A DNA stretch of 64,000 nt, taken from assembly GCA_041891055.1 (NCBI GenBank), contig CP169074.1, positions 128,001-192,000 of the forward strand. Reading direction: 5' to 3'. Shown here one piece after another: positions 10,347 to 21,256 of this stretch (position 1 is the first letter of the stretch; each line of letters opens with the position of its first letter). This DNA is from Halorutilales archaeon Cl-col2-1 (GTDB taxonomy: Archaea; Halobacteriota; Halobacteria; Halobacteriales; Afararchaeaceae). Position numbers and translations under genes: made by a program. The notes beneath the pieces are model-generated. The model made no database searches. It was not told where the DNA came from and saw only the letters and a list, made by a program, of their open reading frames with translations.

Positions 10347-10901
10347 ATGGCAGACACAGACACAACAGTCACGATAATAGGAGACGGCCCAGCGGGTCTG
10401 AGTGCCGCGCTCATACTCGCGAAGGACGGTCAGGACGTCGAAGTCTTCGGAGACGACGAGTCTCGGATGCACGACGCCTACCTCTACAACTACCCCGGTA
10501 TAGACGAGATACACGGCTCCGACTTCATGGAGGTTCTCAGGGATCAGTGTGAGGACTTCGACACGAGCATCAACCACGAGAGAGTCGACGACATAGACGT
10601 CGATGATGACGGCTTCACGGTTACTACGGAGTCGGGTGACGAGTACAACTCGGAGTACACCGTCTTAGCCACGGGACTTGACAAGGATCTTGCGGAGGAG
10701 ATCGGCTTAGAGTTCGACGGTGACTCCGTCGAAGCCGACAAGTTCGGAAGAACTTCTGTCGACGACCTATACGCCGCGGGATGGGTCATGAGAGGACACA
10801 AGATAGAAGCGGCTATCTCGGCAGGAGACGGACAGGCTGTCGCACTCGACATACTCTCCGACATCAAGGGAGAGCCCTACCACGACTTCGACGTTCCTTG
10901 A
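10347..10901 (+). CDS. Short thioredoxin-reductase-like FAD-dependent oxidoreductase
   Basis: IIGDGPAGLSAA, NYPG, LATG, TSVDDLYAAG; no NADPH domain or CxxC. Confidence 0.8.
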   Translation: MADTDTTVTIIGDGPAGLSAALILAKDGQDVEVFGDDESRMHDAYLYNYPGIDEIHGSDFMEVLRDQCEDFDTSINHERVDDIDVDDDGFTVTTESGDEYNSEYTVLATGLDKDLAEEIGLEFDGDSVEADKFGRTSVDDLYAAGWVMRGHKIEAAISAGDGQAVALDILSDIKGEPYHDFDVP

Positions 10902-10956
10902 TAAAGAAGTATCTCGAAGTCAGTGTCGTAGGTACCTCTGAAAAAATTCTCGTTAC

Positions 10957-11193
10957 TCAAGCTGCTTTACGTATGTAGAGCTTGAGAACGTCGCCTTCTT
11001 TTTCGAGTCCTAGGAACTCGTTACCAGTCCTATCTGCCCACGACTGAACGTCGCTCTCGGCTCCCGGATCCGTCGCGAGGACTTCGAGAACCTCGCCGTC
11101 GCCGATGTTATCTATCTCCTTCTTGGTCTGTAAGACCGGCATAGGACAGCTTTCCCCCTTTACGTCTAACGTTTGGTCTACTTCTACTTCCAT
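10957..11193 (-). CDS. tusA: Sulfur carrier, TusA family
   Basis: LDVKGESCPMP (CPxP motif), LEVLATDPG. Confidence 0.9.
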   Translation of the reverse strand: MEVEVDQTLDVKGESCPMPVLQTKKEIDNIGDGEVLEVLATDPGAESDVQSWADRTGNEFLGLEKEGDVLKLYIRKAA

Positions 11194-11321
11194 TTTTTAC
11201 ACCCCAAATACCGTATCCCACCTTAGAACACAGGTAAACATATATCTTTCCTTGTCTTGTCAATACACCACAATACAGATTATGCCATAAATATTATTTA
11301 GATAGGGTCTCTATCACGAGT

Positions 11322-11576
11322 ATGGGAGTAAAAGTAAAAGACTTCTACGCTGACTGGTGTGGACCGTGTAAGAAACAGGATCCCATAATAGAGGATCTGG
11401 AGGAGAAACACCCCGACGTTGACTTCGAGAAGGTAGACGTCGACGACGATCCCGACACTGCGAGAGAGTACGGAGTACGTTCTGTCCCGACGATAGTAGT
11501 CGAGAAGGACGGAGAGATAGTCGAGAAGTTCATCGGCGTCACGCAGGCTGAGAAGATAGAAGCCGCGATGGACTAG
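11322..11576 (+). CDS. trxA: Thioredoxin
   Basis: DFYADWCGPCK, VRSVPT. Confidence 0.93.
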   Translation: MGVKVKDFYADWCGPCKKQDPIIEDLEEKHPDVDFEKVDVDDDPDTAREYGVRSVPTIVVEKDGEIVEKFIGVTQAEKIEAAMD

Positions 11577-11591
11577 ACTTTTCTGTCCGGA

Positions 11592-12134
11592 TTAGGAGTC
11601 GGCTATCTCCATACCCATTCTCATACCGAACGGTTCGGTGCTGAGTTTCTCGAAGCCGACGTCCCTGTAGAGCGAGATAGCTGCCTCGTTCCATCTCTCG
11701 ACGGTGAGCCAGATCTGATCGACTTCTTTCTCGACTGCGTGTCCAAGGAGGGCGCGTATTAGACGTGAGCCTATGCCTGACCTCTGGTACTCCTGGTCGA
11801 CGAATATAGCGAGACTGTGTCTTCCCTCACCGTCAGGAACGAGTATAGCGTGTCCAACGGCTCTCTCGTCGTTCCAGGCGACGACGCTCACACCGTCCGT
11901 GATAGAGTCGAGCCAGTCACGTATCTCGTCCTCGTCTATGGGGGGTATCCCCTGGGCGCGGTCCTCGGTGTCGAAGTCGCGGTACATCTCGAAGAGTGCT
12001 CTGAACTCGTCTTCTACTTCTGAGACGCCGTACTCGCGCAGATGTATCTCGCGTCCGTGCCTGTCCTCAAAGCTCAGAGGCGGAGACTCGAACTCGTCCA
12101 CCGACTTCTCGGGGTACTGGTCTTCGTCTTTCAT
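11592..12134 (-). CDS. GNAT acetyltransferase (archaeal Pat-like)
   Basis: FVDQEYQRSGIGSRL (motif A); NEAAISLYRDVGF. Confidence 0.88.
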   Translation of the reverse strand: MKDEDQYPEKSVDEFESPPLSFEDRHGREIHLREYGVSEVEDEFRALFEMYRDFDTEDRAQGIPPIDEDEIRDWLDSITDGVSVVAWNDERAVGHAILVPDGEGRHSLAIFVDQEYQRSGIGSRLIRALLGHAVEKEVDQIWLTVERWNEAAISLYRDVGFEKLSTEPFGMRMGMEIADS

Positions 12135-12499
12135 CTCACGAGCTTGACGGATATATTCGAGTTGAGTATCACGAACTCGGCTATGTGCCCTATCCTTATC
12201 TTGCCCATCGGACTCTTCTCACCGCCTCCGAGGACTATCTCGTCGAAACCCTCGCGCTCCGCGATGTCGACTATACGGCTTCCGGCGTGTCCCTCGACAC
12301 GTCTCACCTCGGGGTTGACGTCGTACTCTCCGAGTATCTCACGCACTCTCGATTCGACCTCCTTTACCTCCAAGTCGCTCCGGGAGTTGTCGACCACTAC
12401 GACAGTAAGATCGTCTCCCGTCTCCTCTGTTCTCTCGGCTGTCTCCCTCAGAGCACGGATCGAGTCCTCGCTGCCTCCGATTCCCAGGAGAATCTTCAT
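12131..12499 (-). CDS. Universal stress protein
   Basis: KILLGIGGS, IVLGGGEKSPMGKIRIGHIAEFVIL; overlaps the GNAT start. Confidence 0.85.
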   Translation of the reverse strand: MKILLGIGGSEDSIRALRETAERTEETGDDLTVVVVDNSRSDLEVKEVESRVREILGEYDVNPEVRRVEGHAGSRIVDIAEREGFDEIVLGGGEKSPMGKIRIGHIAEFVILNSNISVKLVR

Positions 12500-12546
12500 T
12501 GTACTGTAGGTAAGGACGTGCCCGAGGATGAATATATTAACGGATG

Positions 12547-13017
12547 TTACGTATCGTCGACTGTCTCGCGGTTCTGGATCACGAGAAGAAACCCGAGTGC
12601 AGCAAGTATAATACTGTAAGCTACGGCGGCTAGGAGGGCATCTTGTGTGCTCGCGTACTCGGATGTCCTGAATATTATCATCTTACGCACCATCGCTATC
12701 ACTCCGGTGTAAATGATGAGCCTGACTATGACGCGCGTGTCGCTCTCTTCGATGTAGGCTATCACAGTCTGGTATATCTCGGCTATTATGAGGAGGAGAA
12801 GACCCGTGTCTATGAATCCCATTACGACAGACGGCTGTGTTATCCTCCCGTCGACTGTCGCCTCTAATATCTGGAGAGATAGGTCGAAGACGCCTACCGC
12901 GAACAGAAGGGCGAATATGACCCCAGCAGCTACCTCAACGTAATGTACGACCTTCTTCGTTGACGAAGCTATTGACGTGGGCGACAGTCTCGTCTCTCCG
13001 GCGTCGTCATCCGTCAT
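12547..13017 (-). CDS. PsiE-family membrane protein
   Basis: Four TM segments; LLLIIAEIYQT and IAMVRKMI motifs. Confidence 0.75.
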   Translation of the reverse strand: MTDDDAGETRLSPTSIASSTKKVVHYVEVAAGVIFALLFAVGVFDLSLQILEATVDGRITQPSVVMGFIDTGLLLLIIAEIYQTVIAYIEESDTRVIVRLIIYTGVIAMVRKMIIFRTSEYASTQDALLAAVAYSIILAALGFLLVIQNRETVDDT

Positions 13018-13123
13018 GGACGCCTATTGTGGCTCAGGGTTTATAACAGTGTTACTAACTACCGGATACAGCCACTGCCGTGGCTACGCGTCTGTGCTAA
13101 AAATAAAAAATCTGTCTGCTGTC

Positions 13124-13318
13124 TTATGCTCGGACGAGGTTGTCCGCTCTGGGACCCTTGTCGCCCTCAACTATCTCGAATTCGACTTCCTCACCCTCTT
13201 CTAGGTCAGGACCTCCTATGTCCTCCATGTGGAAGAAAACATCGTCGTCTGCTTCGTCCGTTTCGATAAATCCGTAACCCTTCCTGTCATGGAAAAAGGT
13301 TACCTCTCCTTCTGCCAT
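13124..13318 (-). CDS. Cold-shock protein
   Basis: KGYGFI (RNP1), DVFFH (RNP2), KGPRA. Confidence 0.94.
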   Translation of the reverse strand: MAEGEVTFFHDRKGYGFIETDEADDDVFFHMEDIGGPDLEEGEEVEFEIVEGDKGPRADNLVRA

Positions 13319-13407
13319 GTTACTACGTAATTACCCTAGAGGGATATACTTACCGGAAAGACATCTCTGCGTCAACTCTTATCATCCTCTACCTCACTTC
13401 CGACAGC

Positions 13408-13415
13408 TTTAAATA
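13408..13415 (+). promoter_or_regulatory. TATA box of the leuA-ilv operon
   Basis: tttaaata about 25-30 nt upstream of ATG 13440 (leaderless geometry). Confidence 0.6.
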
Positions 13416-13439
13416 TACGAGATACGAATTTCGGGTACC

Positions 13440-13541
13440 ATGTCCCATAATGGAGAGGGTAGTAGAAGGGATCTGATCCCTTCGACGCCAGGCGACCACC
13501 AGGGGAATCGTTTTTTGGGATCACAGTGTAGACTCCGTTAG
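13440..13541 (+). promoter_or_regulatory. leuA leader: 33-aa uORF overlapping the leuA frame, an in-frame 8-aa mini-ORF (13450-13476) and alternative helices
   Basis: [33 protein letters not shown]; MERVVEGI*; palindrome gaagggatc-t-gatcccttc (13465-13483); T6 tract 13511-13516. Confidence 0.55.
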
Positions 13542-15069
13542 TATATTTGATACTACGCTTAGAGACGGCGAACAGTCTCCAGGGACGTCATTCTCGCACG
13601 ACGACAAGATCAAGATAGCCGACACCCTCGACGAGATGGGTGTCGACGTCATAGAGGCGGGCTTCCCGATCAACAGCGACGAGGAGTTCGAGGCTGTACG
13701 TGAGATCACTGAAAGGGTCGACTCCGATGTCTGTGGTCTCGCGAGGGTCAAGAAGCCCGACATAGACGCCGCGATAGATGCCGACGTCGATCTGATACAT
13801 ACGTTCGTCTCGTCGAGCGACGTCCAGATCGAGAACAGCCTCGACTCGTCACGTGAGGAAGTTCTCAACATGACGGCTGAGGCAGTCGAACACATAACTG
13901 ACCACGGCTATGACTGTATGTTCTCGCCGATGGACGCGACACGTACCGACTTCGACTTCCTCGTCGACATAGTACGTACGGCGAGCGAGGCGGGAGCCGA
14001 CATAGTCAACATACCCGACACGGTCGGTGTGATGCGTCCGACTGCGATGAAACGTCTCATATCAGGTCTGAGAGATGAGGTCGATGTGCCCTACGACGTC
14101 CACTGCCACGACGACTTCGGTCTTGCGACCGCGAACTCGATAGCCGGAATAGAGGCAGGCGCAGTCCAGACACAGGTCAGCGTCAACGGAATAGGCGAGC
14201 GCGCCGGAAACGCGGCTCTCGAAGAGGTCGTGATGTCGATAGAGAGCATATTCGGTATCGATACGGGCATCGACACCACGAAGATCTACGAGCTCTCGAA
14301 GCTCGTCGAACGCCTCTCGGGCATACCTCTGCCTCAGAACAAACCCATCGTGGGTAGCAATGCCTTCTCTCACGAGTCGGGAATCCACGCCGCAGGCGTG
14401 ATAGAGGACTCCTCGACATTCGAGCCCGGAATAATGACCCCTGAAATGGTGGGTCACAGACGACGTCTCGTGATGGGTAAGCACACAGGAAAACACAGCG
14501 TCCGTGAGACTCTCCAGGACGCCGGATACGACCCGTCTGAGGATGAGGTCAACGAGATCACGAGACGTATCAAGTCGATGGGTGGCAAAGGAAAACGCAT
14601 CACAGACGCCGATGTCTTCGCAATCGCTGAGAGTGTTATGTCGAACGTTCCCGAGTCGGAGAAACTCATCGACCTAGATGAGGTGAGCGTCGTTACAGGC
14701 AACAAGACCACTCCGATGGCGAGCGTAAAGGCGGACGTCGACGACGAGGTACGTGTCGACGCGAGCGTCGGAGTAGGCCCCGTAGACGCTGCACTCAACG
14801 CCGTCGAGTCGATAATCGAGGTCGAGACTGGAGACGACCACGACATTGAGATAACTGACTTCCATATCGACTCGATAAGCGGCGGAAGCGACGCTGTAGC
14901 CAACGTCTATGTCGGAGTAGCCGACTCGAAGGGACGTGAGGCGAACGCCAACGCGTCGAGCGAGGACATAACTACGGCGAGTGTTGAGGCTGTCGTCGAC
15001 GCCATAAACCATCTCGTCAGGAAGAGGGAGTCAGACGACGAGATAGAGGAAACTGAGGCAACACCATGA
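13477..15069 (+). CDS. leuA: 2-isopropylmalate synthase (LeuA/CimA family); true start unresolved, frame open from 13477
   Basis: [14 protein letters not shown] lies upstream of the first ATG (13636); [22 protein letters not shown]; C-terminal allosteric domain GVGPVDA. Confidence 0.88.
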   Translation, partial: SLRRQATTRGIVFWDHSVDSVSIFDTTLRDGEQSPGTSFSHDDKIKIADTLDEMGVDVIEAGFPINSDEEFEAVREITERVDSDVCGLARVKKPDIDAAIDADVDLIHTFVSSSDVQIENSLDSSREEVLNMTAEAVEHITDHGYDCMFSPMDATRTDFDFLVDIVRTASEAGADIVNIPDTVGVMRPTAMKRLISGLRDEVDVPYDVHCHDDFGLATANSIAGIEAGAVQTQVSVNGIGERAGNAALEEVVMSIESIFGIDTGIDTTKIYELSKLVERLSGIPLPQNKPIVGSNAFSHESGIHAAGVIEDSSTFEPGIMTPEMVGHRRRLVMGKHTGKHSVRETLQDAGYDPSEDEVNEITRRIKSMGGKGKRITDADVFAIAESVMSNVPESEKLIDLDEVSVVTGNKTTPMASVKADVDDEVRVDASVGVGPVDAALNAVESIIEVETGDDHDIEITDFHIDSISGGSDAVANVYVGVADSKGREANANASSEDITTASVEAVVDAINHLVRKRESDDEIEETEATP

Positions 15070-16871
15070 GCAAGTCCGAAGAAGAGAAGTCTGAGAAAAA
15101 ATCACAGACACAGACAGACAACGAGGCGCAGGCTGACGAAGCCGAGGCAGGTTCGGAGGAGAGACACGAAAGGAGAGGAGCGCGCGCCCTCGTCGAGGGT
15201 CTAAAAGACGAGGGTGTCGAAACGATGTTCGGTATAACCGGCGGCGCAATAATGCCCGTCTACGACGAACTCTACGATGACGAGGACATAGAGCACGTCA
15301 TGATGGGTCACGAACAGGGCGCAGCCCACGCCGCCGAGGCGTACCACTCGGTCTCGGGACAGCCCGGTGTCTGTCTTGCGACCTCGGGTCCGGGTGCCAC
15401 CAACCTGATCACGGGTATAGCCGACGCGAGTATCGATTCACGTAGTGTCGTCGCTATCACGGGTCAGGTTCCGACCGACCTGATAGGTAACGACGCCTTC
15501 CAGGAGACCGACACACGTGGCATCACGATGCCTATCACTAAGCACAACTACCTCGTCGAGTCGAGCGACGAGGTTCCCGACACTGTCCAGGAGGCTTTCC
15601 ACATAAGCTCGACCGGACGACCGGGTCCTGTCGTGATAGACCTCCCGAAGGACGTCTCTAAGAACAACACCGACGCTGAGAAGCGAGACGTCGAAGTCGA
15701 GGGCTACAACCCGACATACAAGGGACATCCCGAACAGATCAAGAAGGCTGCGGAGGCTATACAGGACGCCGAAAAGCCCGTGATCTTCGCGGGCGGTGGT
15801 GTCATAATGGCAGAAGCGAGCGACGAGATACGTGAGCTAGCGATGGAGAACGACATACCCGTGACGACTAGTCTTCAGGGACTCGGCGCGTTCCCCGAGG
15901 ATCATCCTCTTTCGCTCGGAATGCTCGGAATGCACGGCACCGGCTATGCCAACCGCGCTATCACCGAGTCTGACCTCCTCATAGCCATAGGCACGAGGTT
16001 CGACGACCGTGCGACAGGAAAGATCGAGTCGTTCGCGCCCCGTGCCGAGGTCATACACGTCGACATTGACCCCGCCGAGATATCGAAGAACATCCACGCC
16101 GACATACCCATTGTCGGGGACGCGAAGGAGGTCACACGTAACCTCAATGACTACATAGAAGCCGAGTTCTCGTCACCCGACACAGCCGACTGGCTCGAGA
16201 AGATCGACGACTGGAAGGCGAAGTACCCGATGGAGTACGAAGACGACGAGGACAGTCTCAAGCCACAGTACGTCATTGAGGAGATCGACAGGATGACTCC
16301 CGACGACACAGTCGTCACGACGGGAGTCGGACAGCACCAGATGTGGGCGGCTCAGTGGTACACCTACAAGGAGCCGCGAACGTGGGTTTCGAGCGGCGGA
16401 CTCGGTGCGATGGGTGTGGGACTCCCGATGGCAATAGGAGCCAAGTACGGGGCTCCCGACCAGGAAGTCGTCTGTATAGACGGAGACGGATCGTTCCTGA
16501 TGACGGTACAGGAGCTCTCGACCGCCGTCCGTGAAGAGCTCGACATCACAGTTGCGATACTCAACAACTACTACCTCGGAATGGTGAGACAGTGGCAGGA
16601 GCTGTTCAACGACGAGAGGTACGCCGAGTCGGAGATGGAGAAGCTACCACAGTTCGACAAGATCGCAGAGGCGTTCGGCGCTCACGGGGAGCGCGTCGAG
16701 TCCGAGGACGAGGTTGAGGACGCACTCGAAGCCGCGTTCGAGTACGACGGTCCGAGCGTCATCGACTTCATAATAGATCCGATGGAAAACGTCTTCCCGA
16801 TGGTTCCGGCGGGAAGCGGAAACGACGAGTTTATAATGGGCAAAGGAAGTCCCGGGAGTAGAATATCATGA
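15066..16871 (+). CDS. ilvB: Acetolactate synthase large subunit
   Basis: [36 protein letters not shown]...NN ThDP motif. Confidence 0.96.
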   Translation: MSKSEEEKSEKKSQTQTDNEAQADEAEAGSEERHERRGARALVEGLKDEGVETMFGITGGAIMPVYDELYDDEDIEHVMMGHEQGAAHAAEAYHSVSGQPGVCLATSGPGATNLITGIADASIDSRSVVAITGQVPTDLIGNDAFQETDTRGITMPITKHNYLVESSDEVPDTVQEAFHISSTGRPGPVVIDLPKDVSKNNTDAEKRDVEVEGYNPTYKGHPEQIKKAAEAIQDAEKPVIFAGGGVIMAEASDEIRELAMENDIPVTTSLQGLGAFPEDHPLSLGMLGMHGTGYANRAITESDLLIAIGTRFDDRATGKIESFAPRAEVIHVDIDPAEISKNIHADIPIVGDAKEVTRNLNDYIEAEFSSPDTADWLEKIDDWKAKYPMEYEDDEDSLKPQYVIEEIDRMTPDDTVVTTGVGQHQMWAAQWYTYKEPRTWVSSGGLGAMGVGLPMAIGAKYGAPDQEVVCIDGDGSFLMTVQELSTAVREELDITVAILNNYYLGMVRQWQELFNDERYAESEMEKLPQFDKIAEAFGAHGERVESEDEVEDALEAAFEYDGPSVIDFIIDPMENVFPMVPAGSGNDEFIMGKGSPGSRIS

Positions 16872-17428
16872 GCCAGCCACAGAGAGAACCCAGCGGAGTC
16901 CGTGAAGGAGAGTCCGAGGACGGAGGCGGAGTAAGAGAGCACACTCTAGCAGTCTTAGTCGAGAATAAGCCGGGTGTTCTCTCGCGCGTATCTGGACTCT
17001 TCACACGCAGAGGCTTCAACATAGACTCGCTCGCAGTCGGCGAGACCGAGAACCCCAACTACTCACGTATGACGATAGTCGTGAGAGCGGACGACAAGAC
17101 GATAGAGCAGGTCTCGAAACAGCTCAACCGTCTCATAGAGGTCATAAAGGTCTCGAACCTCACAGAGGACGAGTCGGTCGAGCGCGAACTCGCCATGATA
17201 AAGGTCTCGTCGGACGAGGATGTGCGTAGCGAGATAATGCAGATAACCGACATCTTCCGCGCGACAGTAGTCGACGTCGGACGTGAGTCTCTCGTCGTCG
17301 AGGTCACGGGAGACTCCGATAAGATAGAGGCGATGGTCGACATGCTGCGCCAGTTCGGAATACGTGAGATGGTCAGAACCGGAAAGATCTCTCTCGCGCG
17401 AGGTCCTAAGACAACAAAGGCGGACTGA
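16868..17428 (+). CDS. ilvN: Acetolactate synthase small subunit
   Basis: ACT domain [25 protein letters not shown]; EMVRTG. Confidence 0.95.
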   Translation: MSQPQREPSGVREGESEDGGGVREHTLAVLVENKPGVLSRVSGLFTRRGFNIDSLAVGETENPNYSRMTIVVRADDKTIEQVSKQLNRLIEVIKVSNLTEDESVERELAMIKVSSDEDVRSEIMQITDIFRATVVDVGRESLVVEVTGDSDKIEAMVDMLRQFGIREMVRTGKISLARGPKTTKAD

Positions 17429-17495
17429 AACGAGACGAGAGAGTAGGATAGGGAAGACTAATAACCCTCTGTTCATACCATACGGATAGAAAACA

Positions 17496-18524
17496 ATGAC
17501 TGACGCAGACGCGGATACAGATACGGATACCGACATAGAAGCCTACTACGACGAAGACGCCGACCTCTCGTACCTTGACGGCAAGACTGTCGCAGTCCTC
17601 GGATACGGATCACAGGGACACGCACAGGCACAGAACCTCGACGACTCGGGTGTCGACGTCGTCGTGGGTCTGAGACAGGACTCGTCATCTTGGGACGCCG
17701 CCAAGGAAGACGGTCTCACGGTAATGGAGACGGGACAGGCTGCCGACACCGCCGACGTCGTCCAGATACTCGTCCCGGATACCGTCCAGCCCGATGTCTA
17801 CGAGAACAGCGTTGCACCCAACCTCGACGAGGGAGACGCTCTGATGTTCTCACACGGATTCAACATTCATTACAACCAGATAAGACCTCCCGAAGACGTC
17901 GACGTTCTGATGGTAGCCCCGAAGGCTCCCGGACATCTCGTGAGGAGAACATACGAGAGAGGTGAGGGTACACCCGGACTCCTAGCCGTTGAACACGACT
18001 ACACCGGAGAAGCCGAGGAGGTCGGACTCGCCTACGCGAAGGGAATCGGCTGTACGCGTTCGGGTGTGCTTGAGACGAGCTTCAAGGAGGAGACGGAGAC
18101 TGACCTCTTCGGGGAGCAGGCTGTTCTCTGTGGTGGAGCCTCCGCACTCGTGAAGCAGGGGTACGAGACACTCGTCGACGCGGGGTACTCGCCCGAGATG
18201 GCTTACTTCGAGTGCATGAACGAGCTAAAGCTCATAGTCGATCTGATGTTCGAGGGCGGTCTTGAGAAGATGAGAAACTCGATAAGTGATACCGCCGAGT
18301 ACGGCGACCTCACACGTGGATCTCGGGTCATAGACGAGGACGTGAGAGAGAACATGGAGGAGGTTCTCGAAGAGGTTCAGAATGGCGAGTTCGCACGCGA
18401 GTGGATAACTGAGAACCAGACTGGACGTCCCGTCTACAGCCAGCTAAAGGAGAGAGACGAGAACCACGAGATAGAGGCAGTCGGCGACGAGCTACGTTCG
18501 TTGATGACGTGGGTCGACGAGTAA
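17496..18524 (+). CDS. ilvC: Ketol-acid reductoisomerase
   Basis: [40 protein letters not shown]. Confidence 0.97.
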   Translation: MTDADADTDTDTDIEAYYDEDADLSYLDGKTVAVLGYGSQGHAQAQNLDDSGVDVVVGLRQDSSSWDAAKEDGLTVMETGQAADTADVVQILVPDTVQPDVYENSVAPNLDEGDALMFSHGFNIHYNQIRPPEDVDVLMVAPKAPGHLVRRTYERGEGTPGLLAVEHDYTGEAEEVGLAYAKGIGCTRSGVLETSFKEETETDLFGEQAVLCGGASALVKQGYETLVDAGYSPEMAYFECMNELKLIVDLMFEGGLEKMRNSISDTAEYGDLTRGSRVIDEDVRENMEEVLEEVQNGEFAREWITENQTGRPVYSQLKERDENHEIEAVGDELRSLMTWVDE

Positions 18525-18628
18525 TACTAATAAGACATCTCCGCGGTTTCTTTCTACTAACCACAAGCTGAGACACCAGAGATTATAGACTACGAGAACC
18601 TACACAACACACGAGAGAACAGAACAAG

Positions 18629-20032
18629 ATGTCAGAACGCACACTATACGACAAGGTCTGGGATCGCCACGAGGTACGTCAGCTTCCCACGGGACAGTCA
18701 CAGCTCTTCGTAGGGCTCCATCTCATACACGAGGTCACGAGCCCACAGGCTTTCGGGATGCTTGAGGAGCGCGACCTTGAAGTCGCATTCCCCGACAGGA
18801 CTTACGCCACGACAGACCACATAGTTCCGACGAAGGATCGCTCACGTCCGTTCGAGGACGAACAGGCAGAGGTCATGCTCCAGGAGCTAGAGAAGAACAC
18901 TCAGAAGTACGACATAGAGTTCTTCGACCTCGACTCGGGACACCAGGGAATCGTCCACGTAGTCGGACCCGAGATGGGTCTCACACAGCCCGGTATGACG
19001 ATAGCGTGTGGCGACTCACACACGAGCACACACGGCGCGTTCGGCTCGATCGGCATGGGAGTCGGCACGAGTCAGATACGTGACATATTCGCGACGGGCT
19101 GTATAGCCGCCGAGAAACAGGACGTCAGACGTATACAGGTCGAGGGATCGCTCAGCGAGGGCGTCTACGCGAAGGATCTCATACTCCGTATCATCGACGA
19201 ACTCGGAGTCGAGGGTGGAATAGGCTACGTCTACGAGTACGGCGGACCCGCGATAGACGAGCTCGACATGGACGGAAGGATGTCGATCTGTAACATGAGC
19301 ATAGAAGGAGGTGCGCGAGCGGGGTACGTCAACCCCGACGAGACGACCTTCGATTACATAAAGGGACGTGAGTACGCTCCCGACGACGAAAACTGGGACG
19401 ACGCCGTCGATTACTGGGAGTCGATAAGATCCGACGAAGACGCCGAGTACGACGACTACGTCGAGTTCGACGCCGACGAACTAGAGCCGATGGTGACCTG
19501 GGGAATAACCCCCGGACAGGTCGTCGGAATCTCCGAGAACACTCCGTCTCTCGGCGAACTCCCCGAGGGAGACCGTGAGACTGCCGAGAAGGCGTACGAC
19601 CACATGCAGTTAGAGCCCGGACAGTCGATGGAGGGCGTAGACGTCGACGTCGCCTTCCTCGGCTCTTGTACGAACGCACGTCTCTCCGACCTCAGAGAGG
19701 CGGCGGAGGTACTCGAAGGACACGAGGTAGACCCCGACGTCAAGGCTCTCGCAGTACCCGGATCACAGGGTGTCAAGAGACGAGCCGAGGAGGAAGGCGT
19801 AGCCGACGTATTCAGAGAAGCGGGCTTCGAGTGGCGAGGCGCGGGCTGTTCGATGTGTCTCGGAATGAACAACGACCAGCTTCAGGGTGACCAGCTGTGT
19901 GTCTCGTCGTCGAACAGGAACTACATAGGGCGTATGGGAAGCAAGGAAGGACGTACGGTTCTCATGAGCCCCGCTATGGTCGCCGCCGCGGCGGTCGAGG
20001 GCGAGATAACCGACGTGAGGAGGATGATATAG
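18629..20032 (+). CDS. leuC: 3-isopropylmalate dehydratase large subunit
   Basis: [35 protein letters not shown]. Confidence 0.97.
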   Translation: MSERTLYDKVWDRHEVRQLPTGQSQLFVGLHLIHEVTSPQAFGMLEERDLEVAFPDRTYATTDHIVPTKDRSRPFEDEQAEVMLQELEKNTQKYDIEFFDLDSGHQGIVHVVGPEMGLTQPGMTIACGDSHTSTHGAFGSIGMGVGTSQIRDIFATGCIAAEKQDVRRIQVEGSLSEGVYAKDLILRIIDELGVEGGIGYVYEYGGPAIDELDMDGRMSICNMSIEGGARAGYVNPDETTFDYIKGREYAPDDENWDDAVDYWESIRSDEDAEYDDYVEFDADELEPMVTWGITPGQVVGISENTPSLGELPEGDRETAEKAYDHMQLEPGQSMEGVDVDVAFLGSCTNARLSDLREAAEVLEGHEVDPDVKALAVPGSQGVKRRAEEEGVADVFREAGFEWRGAGCSMCLGMNNDQLQGDQLCVSSSNRNYIGRMGSKEGRTVLMSPAMVAAAAVEGEITDVRRMI

Positions 20033-20677
20033 ATGTCCGACACCGATACTGATACCGAGATCGACCAAAACGACAACGACAGCAGAAAGTCCGTCAGACG
20101 CGTGACGGGAACCGGAGTTCCGCTGAGAGGCGACGACATCGACACCGACCAGATAGTCCCCGCGAGGTTCCTCAAGGAGGTCACATTCGAGAACATGGGG
20201 AACTACGCCTTCTACGACGCACGCCGTGACGACGACGGCGAACTCAACGACCATCCGTTTAACGTCTACAACGGAAACATACTCGTAGTCAACGACAACT
20301 TCGGCTGTGGATCATCGCGCGAACACGCCCCACAGGCTCTTATGCGGTGGGGTATCGAGGGTATCATAGGTGAGTCGTTTGCCGAGATATTCGCCGACAA
20401 CTGTTCTTCGCTCGGAATACCGACCGTGACTGCCGACCACGAGACAGTCGACGGGATACAGTCAACGGTCGAAGACGACCCCGAGACACCTATCGAGATC
20501 AGAATTCAAGACGAGACCGTAACCGTCGGAGACGAGACAGTAGACGTCGGTATAGAGCCGTCGCTCAAGGAGGCTCTTCTCGAAGGCATCTGGGACACGA
20601 CCGCGCTCATGAAGAGTAACCTCGACGAAGTACGCGAGACCTACGAGGAGCTACCCTACACCTCGAACTTCGACTAG
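20033..20677 (+). CDS. leuD: 3-isopropylmalate dehydratase small subunit
   Basis: DIDTDQIVPARFL, NFGCGSSREHAPQAL, SFAEIF. Confidence 0.96.
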   Translation: MSDTDTDTEIDQNDNDSRKSVRRVTGTGVPLRGDDIDTDQIVPARFLKEVTFENMGNYAFYDARRDDDGELNDHPFNVYNGNILVVNDNFGCGSSREHAPQALMRWGIEGIIGESFAEIFADNCSSLGIPTVTADHETVDGIQSTVEDDPETPIEIRIQDETVTVGDETVDVGIEPSLKEALLEGIWDTTALMKSNLDEVRETYEELPYTSNFD

Positions 20678-21171
20678 ATCTCGCCCGCGCCGAAACCTCT
20701 CTCCTCTCCTACCGAGAGGTACGACTCGACGAGTGCCCCGACTGCGTCTATGTGTCTTATAACCGAGAGGAGTGAGTGGTTGAGTTCCTGTCTGTCTATC
20801 TCGGGATATAGAATCTTCTCTATCGAGAGACGGTGAAGCTCGTCGAACTCCGCGATCTCTCCCTGTGGGTTGACATACCGGAATGTGCCCTCGAACGTCC
20901 TGAGGAGACGCCGTATGCTCCTGTCGATCTCGTCCTTCGTCTCCTCGTGGAGAGCGTCGAACTCCCTCAGGCTGTCCTCTACTGTCATGCTCGTCGTAAG
21001 CACGACGACGTCCTTCGGCTTGAGCTTAGCAACCCTTGCGCTGCCTCTCGACGTAGAGACGTCGTAGAGGAAGTCACGCGTACCCTCGTCCGACTCGATG
21101 AGTTCGACCTCGAATATCTGATCGTCGATGTAATTACTAATCTTCTCCTGTGTGATCGAATCTGATGTCAT
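20674..21171 (-). CDS. Hypothetical protein
   Basis: 165-aa acidic ORF with host-like codon usage; no confident motif. Confidence 0.65.
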   Translation of the reverse strand: MTSDSITQEKISNYIDDQIFEVELIESDEGTRDFLYDVSTSRGSARVAKLKPKDVVVLTTSMTVEDSLREFDALHEETKDEIDRSIRRLLRTFEGTFRYVNPQGEIAEFDELHRLSIEKILYPEIDRQELNHSLLSVIRHIDAVGALVESYLSVGEERGFGAGEI

Positions 21172-21256
21172 AATACTCCCGAGTAGGGCGCGGTATACAT
21201 ACTTTGGCTTTGATCTGACCGGGAAGCCTCTTCTACCCCGAGTTCATACACCGAGT

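Noticed and set aside
13474-13476. TGA in the leuA leader as a selenocysteine codon
   Set aside because: The position is outside the catalytic domain, no Sec machinery is visible here, and haloarchaea are not known to use Sec.
18525-18628. leuB missing from the ilv-leu cluster
   Set aside because: No remnant visible in the gap; it is probably elsewhere in the genome, which this window cannot show.
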